Counted from the first letter of the stretch, positions 30,603-40,797 are shown. The stretch is DNA of 64,000 bases from Chthoniobacteraceae bacterium (GCA_031409655.1 JANNXQ010000300.1:10072-74071), one strand, 5' to 3'. The notes: generated by a model not told the origin, from the sequence alone. Numbers and translations: made by a program.

Positions 30603-32324
30603 TCACTGTGGGGACGCCGGCGCCTCGGGTACCTCTTTCGCGGCCGTCGCCATGAGCGCTACTTCCTCGGGCAAGAGCGAGGCCTGGTTTCCTAGATCGA
30701 GATATTTGCGCGCCTTTTCGGGCGTTCCCGTCGCCGCCAGCAAGATCCCATAGTAGGCGGCGATCTCCGGTTTTTCCAAGTCGGCCCGAGGCAGGGCATT
30801 CAACACCTCAAGCGCTTCGCCATGCTTTTTCGAGCGATAGAGCGCGAATGCATACGTGGAGACGTAGGCAGCGTTTTTGGGATGTTTCTTAAAAAGCCCG
30901 TGCGCCATGACGGTCGCGCGGCTGATGTCTCTACCGAGCAAGAGCGAGAGGAAGGCAAAGTCGTTCTGCGCGTTTTCATTTGCCGGATCGTTGGCCAGGA
31001 AGCGGACCGCAAGGCGGCGGAGTGCTTCGGTGTCTTTTCGCCCGTGAAATTGCCGCCCAAGTTTCCCGATCGCCCACATCGGATCCGGGACGTTGTCGAT
31101 CGCCGTCCAGAGCGCCTCCTCGATCTCCTCGGTCCAGTCCGCATCGGCCGCAATCTTCGCAAGCCAGGCAAGCGCTTCGGGGTGACCGGCAGCGGTCGTC
31201 ATCGCCATGGACCACTCCGTCCGCGCGAGGCGGGCATTTCCGAGTTCACGCAGCGCCCGCGAACGATATGCATGGCGGATATAGTCCCCGCGTTTCCAGG
31301 GGCCATCCTGCGTGATCCGCTGCACCGCCTCCCAGTCTTTGAGCGAGATGTAGCAACCCGCGAGGGCCTGCCGCACGTCGGGCATTTTTCCAACCTTCGG
31401 CGCGTGCTTCGTCGCCCAATCCACCGCTTCCGCGGCGAGTCCCACACTGGCCATCCAGACGATGATCGCGCCGGCCTCCCGAGCGTCCGGAGCCGCGGTG
31501 GACTGCAAGGCAAGGAGGGCCTCCGAAAAGCGCTCGTCCTTGGAATCATGGAGGAGACGGACGCGCGTGAGCTTATCGAGAAAGGTGTGCCCGGGCGTGG
31601 CGACGAGGCGCTCGCTCTGGCGGAGGGCGGCACTGGGCTCGCCCGTCGCTTCGTAACTGGAAATCAGCGCCCGCCGCGCTGGCACCGCGAATTCCGCCTC
31701 CGCTGCCATTTCCTCCAGCACCCGGCGCCCTTCGGCGCGTTCGAAAAAATCCCCTGACCGCACTTTTACTGAGCCGAGCGCCATCCGGTGCGCCGCTTTG
31801 TCCGGCTCCAGGCGCAGCGCGCCTGCGTAGCAACGCCCCGCCTCCGCGTAGTCCCCCGCTTCAAAGGCCACTGCACCGGCCGCAGACAAATAGTCCACGC
31901 GCATCCGATCGCGCTTCGGGACGCCTGCGAGCGCCTTTTCGGCGATCGCGTACTTCCGATACTTCAGGGCCGACGCGCCCCAATGAATCAGCGAGTCTGC
32001 GCTCCCGCCGGAAAGGTCCGCGATTTTCCCATACCAGGAGACGGCGTCGGGGTTTTGATTCTTGTCGCAGATTTCCGCCATCAGCGCGCAGATGGAGACG
32101 TTGTCCGGAGCGGTCTGCATGGCCCGGCGCACGTTCAGCGAAGCGGCCGCAAAATCGCCTTTGTCCAGTGCCACCCGAGCCTCCTGGGTGAGCAGTTCCA
32201 GCCGCCACGGCTTATAATAAAACATCCACGCCGCCCCCCCGCTCGCCAGCACCAGGCAGGCGATCGTGATATTCAGCACGATCAGCCTCTGGCGATTCTC
32301 GGGATTGGTGAAAAATGCGAACAT
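30603..32324 (-). CDS. Tetratricopeptide repeat membrane-anchored protein
   Basis: N-terminal TM; Ala-rich helical repeats (AQNDFAFLSLL, YVSTYAFALY, AAYYGILLA). Confidence 0.78.
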   Translation of the reverse strand: MFAFFTNPENRQRLIVLNITIACLVLASGGAAWMFYYKPWRLELLTQEARVALDKGDFAAASLNVRRAMQTAPDNVSICALMAEICDKNQNPDAVSWYGKIADLSGGSADSLIHWGASALKYRKYAIAEKALAGVPKRDRMRVDYLSAAGAVAFEAGDYAEAGRCYAGALRLEPDKAAHRMALGSVKVRSGDFFERAEGRRVLEEMAAEAEFAVPARRALISSYEATGEPSAALRQSERLVATPGHTFLDKLTRVRLLHDSKDERFSEALLALQSTAAPDAREAGAIIVWMASVGLAAEAVDWATKHAPKVGKMPDVRQALAGCYISLKDWEAVQRITQDGPWKRGDYIRHAYRSRALRELGNARLARTEWSMAMTTAAGHPEALAWLAKIAADADWTEEIEEALWTAIDNVPDPMWAIGKLGRQFHGRKDTEALRRLAVRFLANDPANENAQNDFAFLSLLLGRDISRATVMAHGLFKKHPKNAAYVSTYAFALYRSKKHGEALEVLNALPRADLEKPEIAAYYGILLAATGTPEKARKYLDLGNQASLLPEEVALMATAAKEVPEAPASPQ

Positions 32325-32677
32325 GAGCGGCTCGTCGTGCGCTTTCCTACAAAATGTTGCCCGGCACCGCCCTTAGGTCGGTCTGGCGGAAAACAGTCGC
32401 ACAACTACCGCTACTTTTACTGCAAGGAACGGCCTGCGGCAATGGAACGACCCTGGATTTTGCGCGGCTGAAGCCAGCAAATGCGCCGGAGAGAGGGAGG
32501 TATTGCTGCTTGCGGATGCGCCTCCTAAATGCAACTTCCCTGCCCGCGCCGCCGCAAAAAGCCCCGCAAAATGACCGCCTTTCGCAATCTCTGCCAAGTC
32601 TCCGCAGGCCCGTCAGCAGCTACGAATCGGCCAGCGGGCGGGCAAGCTGCTCTCGCTCCCCGGCAGTCTCCTCGCTC

Positions 32678-33310
32678 ATGACGCCCGCCCGCCGCCCCAT
32701 CCTCCTGCTCCTGGTCGCCCTCGCCGTCCTCCCGGGCTGCCGACGCACGGAGGCCGAGTATCAAAAGCTCGCCGCCGAGAATGAGTATCTCCGGGGGGAG
32801 GTCGAACGCCTCAACAAGCGCGACTCCTCGGAGAAAGGGGATCCCAAAGTCACAACCCCAACTGGCGATGGCCCCGACTTGACGCTGACCGTCGTCGATC
32901 TTTTCAGCCAGCGCTTTGATGACAATGAGTTCCGCGCCAAGCAGCGCCTTTCCAACAAAGTGATCCGTTTGTCGGGCGGTGTGGATGCGGTGAGTGGCGA
33001 CGGAATCATGATCGGCGGCACCAGCAAGCGTTTCGGAAGTGTCCGCATCGGTGTCAACCTCACCAGCGGCTACGCACTCCGCATCAAGGAAGGCCTGGCC
33101 GCGCTCGAACGCGGCACCATCGTCACCGTGCAGGGCAAATTTCTCTACGACCGCATGTCGTTGAGCGACGCCCTCTTCGTGGATGCTTCGACGGGCCGGC
33201 CACTATACTCCGATGACCTTCTCTCCCTAGCGGCCGGGAAGCCCTTACCGCGTCCAGCGGCCACCCCAAAACCCACCCCGACCGCCCCCGCGACCCCGGC
33301 GCCGAAGTAG
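32678..33310 (+). CDS. Lipoprotein with OB-fold (tRNA_anti-like) domain
   Basis: Lipobox LPGC; short coiled coil; FDDNEFRAKQRLSNKVIRLSGGV and LERGTIVTVQGK; Pro/Thr tail. Confidence 0.65.
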   Translation: MTPARRPILLLLVALAVLPGCRRTEAEYQKLAAENEYLRGEVERLNKRDSSEKGDPKVTTPTGDGPDLTLTVVDLFSQRFDDNEFRAKQRLSNKVIRLSGGVDAVSGDGIMIGGTSKRFGSVRIGVNLTSGYALRIKEGLAALERGTIVTVQGKFLYDRMSLSDALFVDASTGRPLYSDDLLSLAAGKPLPRPAATPKPTPTAPATPAPK

Positions 33311-33312
33311 CT

Positions 33313-34554
33313 TCAGCCGCTCGCCAGGGTCCGCCGGAGGAGATCGAGCGCCGTCTGGATGGTGAGGTGTTTGAAAGTTTCGCGATCCGTCGCGAAACGA
33401 TGCTGCTCGACGATCGCCTCCGCGCCCTTCGCCGCCAGCGCGATGAAAACCGTCCCCACCGGCTTCTCCGCACTCCCGCCATCTGGCCCTGCAATACCCG
33501 TCGTCGCCAGCGCATAGTCCGCACCCGCCACGGCGCACCCGCCCTCCGCCATGGCCCGCGCCACCTCCCGGCTCACGGCGCCGTGGGCCGCCAGCAAGGC
33601 CGGATCCACCCCCACCGCCTGGGTCTTTGCCGCGTTCGCATAGGTCACGAAACCCTGCCGAAAAATCGCCGACGCCCCGGGGACATTCGTCACGCGATTC
33701 GCAAGTCCACCGCCCGTACACGACTCCACCGTTGCGAGCGTCTGCCCGCGCGCCGCCAGCTCCCGGACGACGACTTCCTCCAGCGCCCGGTGATCCTCGG
33801 AAAAAAGATGCGTCGTAAATTCCGCCCGCACGATCTCCGCCGCCTGCGCGACGAGCTCCGGCGCGCCGATCAAGCGCACATCCACCTCGCCCGGCCGCGC
33901 GCAGTAGCCGAGCTCGATCCCGAGCGCCAGCAAGCGCTCCCCGACACGCTCCTCCACCATCGATTCGCCGATCCCGCCGATGCGCAGCACCCGCATTTCC
34001 ACCGCACTCTGCGGCGGCACGATCTTCTGCAAGATCGGCACCACCGAGTCCGCCATCATCGGCCGCAATTCACGCGGCGGCCCCGGCAGCAGGAAGAGGT
34101 GCGGCGAAAGTGGCATCGCGCCCGGCACTGGCAGCGGCGGGAGGTATAGGCCGGGCGCAGTCCCAAAAGGATTCATCAACACCGTCGCCTGCTCCGGGCG
34201 CTCCGCCTGCCGCGCATTCCGCGCACTCATCTTAAAATTCCGCCGCGCAAACCGCGCCTCGATCGCCGCCATGACCGTCGCGTCATGCACCATCTTCAGC
34301 CCGAGCAATTCCGCCACCGCCTCCCGCGTCACATCATCCGTCGTCGGGCCGAGTCCGCCGGTCACGAGCACGATGTCCGTCCGCCCGATCATCTCCGCGA
34401 GCGCCTCGCGGATGGGCTCCCCATCCGGCACCGTCGTCTGCCGCCTCACGCGCAGCCCGAGCGGAAAGATCGCCTCCGCGAAAAGACGCACATGCGTATT
34501 CAGCACGCTCCCGAGCAGCAGCTCCGTGCCGGTATTGAGAATCTCGAGCCGCAT
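33313..34554 (-). CDS. cinA: Competence/damage-inducible protein A (MocF domain plus NMN deamidase)
   Basis: GTELLLG, TGGLGPTTDD, LPGPPRE, ESCTGG, PGAS, GAVS, TGIAGP. Confidence 0.95.
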   Translation of the reverse strand: MRLEILNTGTELLLGSVLNTHVRLFAEAIFPLGLRVRRQTTVPDGEPIREALAEMIGRTDIVLVTGGLGPTTDDVTREAVAELLGLKMVHDATVMAAIEARFARRNFKMSARNARQAERPEQATVLMNPFGTAPGLYLPPLPVPGAMPLSPHLFLLPGPPRELRPMMADSVVPILQKIVPPQSAVEMRVLRIGGIGESMVEERVGERLLALGIELGYCARPGEVDVRLIGAPELVAQAAEIVRAEFTTHLFSEDHRALEEVVVRELAARGQTLATVESCTGGGLANRVTNVPGASAIFRQGFVTYANAAKTQAVGVDPALLAAHGAVSREVARAMAEGGCAVAGADYALATTGIAGPDGGSAEKPVGTVFIALAAKGAEAIVEQHRFATDRETFKHLTIQTALDLLRRTLASG

Positions 34555-34811
34555 CAGGTTCCCGGATGCCCCACGGGCTCCTCGAGTTCAAGTTCCGGTG
34601 CGGGGAGGAATTCCCGATACCACAGCCGATGCCGCGACCAACTTTCGCAAGCCAGGCAGCAGGTGTCCTCCCACGCCTTCCCGCAGTCCGGACACACCCC
34701 GCCGGTGGCGAAAGTATTCCAGAGACATTGGCAGGAGCACGCCCAGCGCGACGACTGTTGCGGTGCCCAGTCGCAGCGCGGACAGAGAATTTTGATCGCA
34801 CGCGTTTGCAT
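34554..34811 (-). CDS. Small Cys/Trp-rich putative Zn-binding protein (85 aa)
   Basis: CPRC, CSCQC, WNTF, CPDC, CCLAC, WSRH; stop overlaps the cinA start (TGATG). Confidence 0.75.
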   Translation of the reverse strand: MQTRAIKILCPRCDWAPQQSSRWACSCQCLWNTFATGGVCPDCGKAWEDTCCLACESWSRHRLWYREFLPAPELELEEPVGHPGT

Positions 34812-34863
34812 CGCTCTTATCTCTCGCACGCAACCGCCCGCTAAAGCAAAGCCCGAAAGCCGG

Positions 34864-37272
34864 CTACTTGCTCAGAAAGATCGGACTCTGCACGACGAGA
34901 TGGAGCAGATCGCGCAGCGCGTAATTCTTCGCCTTCGACGCTGCCACGATGCGCTCGATCTCCGTGCGATCCGAGAAACCCATCTCGCGGCCCGTGCCAA
35001 AAGTGAGGAGCTTCTCCGCGACCCCGCGCGCGACACGATCCTGGCTCGCCAGCAGCAGTTTTTGAAACTCGGTGAAGTCTTTGAAGGTCTCGCCCGTGGG
35101 CAGCACGCCGGCGGCATCCACTGGCGACCCGAGCCGATAGCGGACCCTCCGGCCTTCGACTTTCAGATCCACCCAGTGGCCTTCTCCGAGGGTGCGAAAG
35201 CGATCCCGCCAACCCCCGATGACGTCGTAACTCTCCAGCGCAAACCCCGGCGGATCGATCTGCCGATGGCACCCATTGCAGCTCTCCATCGTCCGATGTT
35301 TTTCTAAAATCTCGCGCACCGTCCTGGCCCCGCGGATGTCCGGCTCGACCCCCGGAGTCCCGGGTGGCGGCGGCTGCGGTTCGATGCCGAGGAGCCGCTC
35401 CAGCACCCACACGCCGCGAAGCACTGGCGAAGTGTTGGTCCCATTTGCGGACACTTTCAAGATACTCGCCTGGGTAAGGATTCCGCCGCGCTTGCTATCG
35501 GCAGGCAGCTTCGTTTTCCGCAGCGCCATTCCGGCCACACCCGGGATGCCGTAGTGCTTCGCGAGCCGGCCATTCAGCAGCGCAAAGTCGGACTGGATCA
35601 GATTGCCGACGCTGAGGTTTTCCTGGAACAGCGCAGCGACGAAGCCGCGGGTCTCGCGCAACATCGAATCGAGCAGCAGCCCGTCATACTCCGGATACAG
35701 CACCTTGTCGGGCGTGGTGAATTCGATCTCGCGGAGGTTCAGCCAGCCGTCGGTGAAATCCGCGATGAATCGATCCAGGCTCGCGCCTTTGAGCAGACGT
35801 TCAGTCTGCCCGCGGAGCACGGCCGATTGGTGGAGCTGCTGCGCTGCGGCGAGCCGGATCAATTCCGCATCCGGCGCGCTCCGCGTGAGGAAATAGCTGA
35901 GCCTCGAAGCCAGCGCGAAACCGTCGAGTTTCCCCGCGGCCTCCTGCAAATAGAGAAACTCTGGCGCACAAAGGGCGGCAACGGCAGCCATGCGCATCGC
36001 CACGAGGAAATCGCGACTCTCCGCAATCTCGGTCTCAAATAAAGCGAGATAGGGCGCCACATCGCCCGAAGAGACCGGTCGGCGAAAAGCCTGGGTCAAG
36101 AACTGCGGGAGCAGTCGGCGAGAGTCGGCCAAAGGGTTCGCGCTCTCCGCAACGAAGGTCGGGACGTAACCGCGCTTCCCTTTCATCCAGGGTTTTTCGG
36201 CCGGCACCTCCCGGACTTTCAGATCGCCGAGCAGCAAGGTGTGCCCGCGCGGCGGCCACTGCTCGATGATCGGCCCTTCCAGCGTGACCTCCTGGAAAGC
36301 AAATCCTTCGCCCGGATACTTGTCCGGCCCGTCCTTGATCGGTGAATGCCCATCCGGACCATTCAAACCCTGCGGGCTGATTTTGATCCCGTCGTTCGCC
36401 CGCAAGTGCAGCATGACCTCGATCGTGGATGACTGAGCGACGGGGAACTCGTGATAACTATGAATCGAGTTATCGCCCCCGCGGTCGAAAGCCCCCGCCA
36501 GGATTGCCACGACGACCGGCTGCTCGGACTGATATCCGTAGCCCGCAATGCGCAGCCGATAGCGCCCTGCCGTCCTCGCCCGCAGCCCGGGCACCTGCGT
36601 GCTCGGGAAGCCGCCGTCATTGAAGACCACCATGGCTCCGTCTTCGCGCTTCAGCCAGTGTTTGCCGAGGTTCGCCTTGTTCCTTTCGCTGTCGAAGGTG
36701 AAGCGCTCGGTGGCCGTCTCCGGCCTGGATTCCTGGTGCAGCGCGGCATTCAAAGCCAGCTCCGCCACCTCCATGTAACGCTGTAACTGAACGCCCGAGA
36801 TACTCAGCGCCTCCCCGATGTTATCGAAGCCATGCGCGCGACCGTCCTCCGGCAATTGCGCCACCACATCGATCTGAATCCCGAGCAAATCATTGATCGT
36901 GTTCTGATACTCCCGTCGATTCAGCCGCCGCAGCACCGTCCCTTTTTGCGCCGCATGTTTCGTCCCGAGATCCCCACCGAGCGTCGTTAGGAAGGCTCTC
37001 TTCTCCTTCGCCACGGGCTGCGCTTTTTTCGGCGGCGGCATCTCCCCGGAGAGCACGCGATCGAAGACCCACACCCACTTCTTATGCGCCGCCGCATCGC
37101 GCGCGTCGGTGGAGAGCACGGTTAGATCCAGCCCGCCCTTTTTCTCATCCGCATCGTGGCAAGCGAAGCAATGCTCCTCCAGGAAAGGCTGCAGCGCCGG
37201 CGTGGAGGAGGCTCCATGGCTGGCTGCGGCAAACAGCGCAAGGCTCAGCAAAGCGTGAATGCGTAACTTCAT
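34864..37272 (-). CDS. DUF1592-domain (planctomycete cytochrome c-type) protein
   Basis: Signal peptide; CFACH; RRLNRREYQNT, GFDN, LASRLSYFL, TSPVLRG, CNGCH, IDPPGFALE. Confidence 0.92.
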   Translation of the reverse strand: MKLRIHALLSLALFAAASHGASSTPALQPFLEEHCFACHDADEKKGGLDLTVLSTDARDAAAHKKWVWVFDRVLSGEMPPPKKAQPVAKEKRAFLTTLGGDLGTKHAAQKGTVLRRLNRREYQNTINDLLGIQIDVVAQLPEDGRAHGFDNIGEALSISGVQLQRYMEVAELALNAALHQESRPETATERFTFDSERNKANLGKHWLKREDGAMVVFNDGGFPSTQVPGLRARTAGRYRLRIAGYGYQSEQPVVVAILAGAFDRGGDNSIHSYHEFPVAQSSTIEVMLHLRANDGIKISPQGLNGPDGHSPIKDGPDKYPGEGFAFQEVTLEGPIIEQWPPRGHTLLLGDLKVREVPAEKPWMKGKRGYVPTFVAESANPLADSRRLLPQFLTQAFRRPVSSGDVAPYLALFETEIAESRDFLVAMRMAAVAALCAPEFLYLQEAAGKLDGFALASRLSYFLTRSAPDAELIRLAAAQQLHQSAVLRGQTERLLKGASLDRFIADFTDGWLNLREIEFTTPDKVLYPEYDGLLLDSMLRETRGFVAALFQENLSVGNLIQSDFALLNGRLAKHYGIPGVAGMALRKTKLPADSKRGGILTQASILKVSANGTNTSPVLRGVWVLERLLGIEPQPPPPGTPGVEPDIRGARTVREILEKHRTMESCNGCHRQIDPPGFALESYDVIGGWRDRFRTLGEGHWVDLKVEGRRVRYRLGSPVDAAGVLPTGETFKDFTEFQKLLLASQDRVARGVAEKLLTFGTGREMGFSDRTEIERIVAASKAKNYALRDLLHLVVQSPIFLSK

Positions 37273-37301
37273 GGGGTGATTTTTTAAATGGGGCGCGCTG
37301 G

Positions 37302-39035
37302 TTACTCGCCCGTTCCCTTCACCCAGATCGCTTTCCCGTCCAGCCACGTCTCGCGCACTTGGGTATCTTTCAAGTCATCGATCGGGCAGTTCAAGACATC
37401 GCGATCGACGATGATGAAGTCCGCGCGCTTCCCGACTTCCAGCGAGCCAGCCTCCTTGTCGAGGAAGAGGAGCTTGGCGTTGTTGCTGGTGAACATCCGA
37501 ATCGCTTCTTCGCGGGTGATTCCACCTTCCGGATGCAGCGGCGCATCGCGAAAGCGGCACTTTCTCGCCACCGCGATCCACATGCCGAGCCAGGGATTGT
37601 AGGGATTGATGGACCGTAGGCTGCCGATCTTTTGCATGTGATCGCTGCCGCCGCCGACGATCACTTTCGCATCGAAAAGTGCGCGCAACGGCTGGAAGCG
37701 CTTCATGCGTTCGTGGCCGAATTGCTTCAACAGCGTCGCGCCATCGAGGTGAAACCAGATCGGCTGCAGGTCGATGCACACCCCGAGCCGAGCCGCCTGC
37801 GCGATGCTCTCTGGCGTGATAAAATTGCCGTGCGTGATGCACGGCCGCGATTCGCGGAGGGGCGTCTCTTTGCTCACCCCTTCATACACGTCGAGCAGGA
37901 GCTTCACCGCGCCATCGCCGACGCTGTGCGCGGTGAATTGCAGCCCCGCGCCCGCGACCTTGCGCACCATCTTCGCGAGATGCTCGCTCGGGGTGCGCTG
38001 CACGCCGCGATACTCGCGATCCGTGATCCCGTAGATGCTGCTCACGCCCCACGGCTCCAGCATCAGCGCGCTGCCCGTGAGCATGCCCCCATCGAGCCAG
38101 ATCTTCGTCCCGATTATCTGGAGCATCGGGTCCGCCTTGCGCAGCGGATGCTGGAGGATTTCATCGAGCTGGAGTTCGGTCGTGCGCCAGACGCTCCCGG
38201 CCTCAAAGGTGTGCGATAGCCGCAGGCGCACCGTGAGCGCGTCCGCTTCGCGCAGCGCCTGATACACGTCGATGTTCCCTTTGCTCGCGCCGCGATCCGC
38301 GATGGCCGTGAAGCCCACGCTGTTGTAGTCGGCGAAGAGCTGCTTCGTGAGTTCCTGCGTCTGCGCCGCGTCCGGCTTCCTGGTGACCGACTGCGCATTG
38401 ATGGTCGGGTTGAACGCATGCATTAGCCCAGTGGGTTCGCCCCGTGCATCGAAGACCACGACTCCCGTGGAATTCGCCGGCACTTTGAAAGTCCGATCGA
38501 TCCCGGCGAGTTGCAGCGCGAGGGAATTCAGCATGGAGTCCGGCCCCGTGCTGAAATGCACCGGATGCTCCGGCGCCACGCGATCGAGCTCTGCGCGCGT
38601 CGGGTAGCGCTGCTCCTTCAGCCGCGTGATGAAGACCTGCCGGATGCCAATCAATGAACCTTCCGGCAAGGCCCGCGCGCGGCTGGCGATATAGTCGAGA
38701 AGCTGCGGGATGTCCTCGATTTCGGGAACCAAGTGATCAAACTCCATGGTCGCCGCACCGACCGGATGCGCATGGGAATCCATGAGCCCCGGCAGCACCA
38801 TCCGCCCACCGAGATCCACGCGAACTACCGTCCCGTGGCCTTTGAGCAACTCCTTCGCTTTCTCGCCGAGCGCGACCATGTGACTGCCTTCCACCGCCAT
38901 CGCGTCGGTGATGGAGAAAGCATCGTCCACCGTGACGATCCGACCATTGGTGAAAACGGTGACCGGTGGCGCACTGAGCGAAACGGGCAGCGGTGCGAGC
39001 AAGGTGGTGAGGAGCAGGGCGAAGAGCGGTTTCAT
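37302..39035 (-). CDS. Secreted amidohydrolase (Amidohydro_3/YtcJ-like)
   Basis: NGRIVT, DLGGRMVLPGLMDSHAH, KIWLDG, HSVGD, GSD, GSLEVGKRADF. Confidence 0.9.
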   Translation of the reverse strand: MKPLFALLLTTLLAPLPVSLSAPPVTVFTNGRIVTVDDAFSITDAMAVEGSHMVALGEKAKELLKGHGTVVRVDLGGRMVLPGLMDSHAHPVGAATMEFDHLVPEIEDIPQLLDYIASRARALPEGSLIGIRQVFITRLKEQRYPTRAELDRVAPEHPVHFSTGPDSMLNSLALQLAGIDRTFKVPANSTGVVVFDARGEPTGLMHAFNPTINAQSVTRKPDAAQTQELTKQLFADYNSVGFTAIADRGASKGNIDVYQALREADALTVRLRLSHTFEAGSVWRTTELQLDEILQHPLRKADPMLQIIGTKIWLDGGMLTGSALMLEPWGVSSIYGITDREYRGVQRTPSEHLAKMVRKVAGAGLQFTAHSVGDGAVKLLLDVYEGVSKETPLRESRPCITHGNFITPESIAQAARLGVCIDLQPIWFHLDGATLLKQFGHERMKRFQPLRALFDAKVIVGGGSDHMQKIGSLRSINPYNPWLGMWIAVARKCRFRDAPLHPEGGITREEAIRMFTSNNAKLLFLDKEAGSLEVGKRADFIIVDRDVLNCPIDDLKDTQVRETWLDGKAIWVKGTGE

Positions 39036-39102
39036 GATTCTGTTGGGGCAATGTTCCATTCAACGCTGCGGGCTCTCGATTTCATTCCGGCGAGTGGCTG
39101 CC

Positions 39103-39145
39103 TCCACTTCATCGCCCTCTCGATGCGACGAGGCGATGAAGCGGA
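39103..39145. other. Intergenic hairpin
   Basis: tccacttcatcgcc / ggcgatgaagcgga stem between DUF1552 and the amidohydrolase; no clear U-tract. Confidence 0.5.
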
Positions 39146-39167
39146 TCAGAAAGGACACCGGGGCGAC

Positions 39168-40445
39168 TCAACCCGTGAGATCCAGCACCCCGGTGCTAAA
39201 GCCGAATTTTTCCGTCTCCACGCCCATCCGCTGAGCCAGCGCCACGAAAAGATTCGAGAAGACCTGTTTCTGCGGATCGACCGCGATGTGCCGGCCATGC
39301 TTGAAGCCGCCGCCTGCCAGCAGGAGCGGGAGATTCTTCGTATCGTGCGCGCTGGCGTTCCCGAGATTCGAGCCAAAGAGGACGGCGGTGTGATTCAGCA
39401 GCGGGACGCCGTTTTCCTGCACGCCTTTGAGCTTCGCGAGGAAGTCGCTGAGGGCGCGGAACTCGGCGACTTCGATGATCTTCAACTCCTCGATCTTCGC
39501 GGGGTCCTGCCCATGGTGCGAAAGATTGTGCCAGTCCTGGCTCACGCCCTCGATCTCCGGCACGGCGTTCATGCCCGAGAGGCGGAGCGTGATCGTGCGC
39601 GTGGAATCCGTTTGCAAGGCGAGGACGATGAGATCCTGCATCAGCTTCATCTTCCCGATGGCGTCGGTGCGGCTCTGGATGTCGGTCGGCGGTGCAGCAT
39701 CGACCTTCGGCTTCGGCCTTTGCGCCCACTCTTCATTCTGCACGAGGCGGCCTTCGAGATCGCGGACGGCGCTCAGGTACTCGTCGAGCTTCTGCTGATC
39801 ATGATGGCCGAGATCGCGGTGCAACTTTTTTGCCTGCCCCTGCACCGTGTCGAGAATGCTGCGCCCCCGCTTCAGCCCGCGCACCTGTGCCTCCACCTCC
39901 GCCTTGCTGCCTTCCACGAAGAGCTGCTGGAAAGCCCGCGACGGCGACGACTCCGCCGGCAAAGGCACGCCGCTGGCCGACCACGAAAGCGACTCGCTGC
40001 CCGTGCCGAGCACGAAGCTCGGGAAGCGCGTCTGCGTCCCGATTTTCTCCGCGATGCGCTGGTCGATGGAGATCGAGTTCTTAAACCCCGCCAGCCCCGG
40101 ATGCTTCGCCGAGGTCAGCCACGTCATCTCGGAAGTGTGCCCGTTCGCGCCATTCTGCTCTGCGTGCTGCAAGCCCGAGATGACCGAAAAATCCCCCCGC
40201 AGATCCTTCAACGGCTCCAAATACGGCGTGAGCGTATAGTCGGCACCCGTCTCCTTCGGATGGAGAAATGGCGTGTGAAACCCGAGCGTCGCGCACATCG
40301 CCACGAAGCGCTGCGGCGGTTGCGCCAGCGCGGCCGCCCGAGTGAAGGCCGGCCGCATCGCCTCCAGAAAAGGCAGGGCCAGAACCGTTCCCGCACCGCG
40401 CAGAAAAGCCCGGCGATTAAGATGACACTTGGTGGCGATGTTCAT
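39168..40445 (-). CDS. DUF1552 domain protein (Tat signal)
   Basis: LNRRAFLRGAG..LALPFLEAM, SIDQ, SILD, ALQTDSTR, HNLSHH, GSNLGNASAH, LLLAGG. Confidence 0.93.
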   Translation of the reverse strand: MNIATKCHLNRRAFLRGAGTVLALPFLEAMRPAFTRAAALAQPPQRFVAMCATLGFHTPFLHPKETGADYTLTPYLEPLKDLRGDFSVISGLQHAEQNGANGHTSEMTWLTSAKHPGLAGFKNSISIDQRIAEKIGTQTRFPSFVLGTGSESLSWSASGVPLPAESSPSRAFQQLFVEGSKAEVEAQVRGLKRGRSILDTVQGQAKKLHRDLGHHDQQKLDEYLSAVRDLEGRLVQNEEWAQRPKPKVDAAPPTDIQSRTDAIGKMKLMQDLIVLALQTDSTRTITLRLSGMNAVPEIEGVSQDWHNLSHHGQDPAKIEELKIIEVAEFRALSDFLAKLKGVQENGVPLLNHTAVLFGSNLGNASAHDTKNLPLLLAGGGFKHGRHIAVDPQKQVFSNLFVALAQRMGVETEKFGFSTGVLDLTG

Positions 40446-40597
40446 GGTGAAGCTGGGACGGACGGGAGGGACGCAATCTGACACCCGCTCGGGAGGACTT
40501 TCTTTGATCTGCCGCCTGCACCGACTCTGCCAGCAGGGATGATGAAGAGGAAGAGGGTAGGAGGCGAATGATGCAACGCCGGCAACTCCCACGCCCC

Positions 40598-40797
40598 CTA
40601 ACCCTAAATCCGGCGCTGGGATTTAAAACGCCGAGACGCAGAGGCGCAGAGATCGCAGAGGAAGGGAACAAACGCACATCCCAATACGCTCACCCATCGG
40701 GTGAACCCATTCGCCACCTCGATTCCGCTCTCACTCTGCGTCCTCTGCGTCCTCTGCGTCTTTGCGTTAAAAATCCTAATTCCGGTTTCAGGATTAG
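40598..40797. mobile_element. MITE-like 200-bp element with about 65-bp imperfect terminal inverted repeats containing 9-mer (ACGCAGAGG) units
   Basis: Left ctaaccctaaatccggcgctgggatttaaaacgccgagacgcagagg; reverse complement of the right end ctaatcctgaaaccggaattaggatttttaacgcaaagacgcagagg. Confidence 0.7.

Noticed and set aside
40465..40500. Further GGAGGGAC REP copy
   Set aside because: Only the first 10 nt or so match the 4456 arm; there is no hairpin or partner arm.
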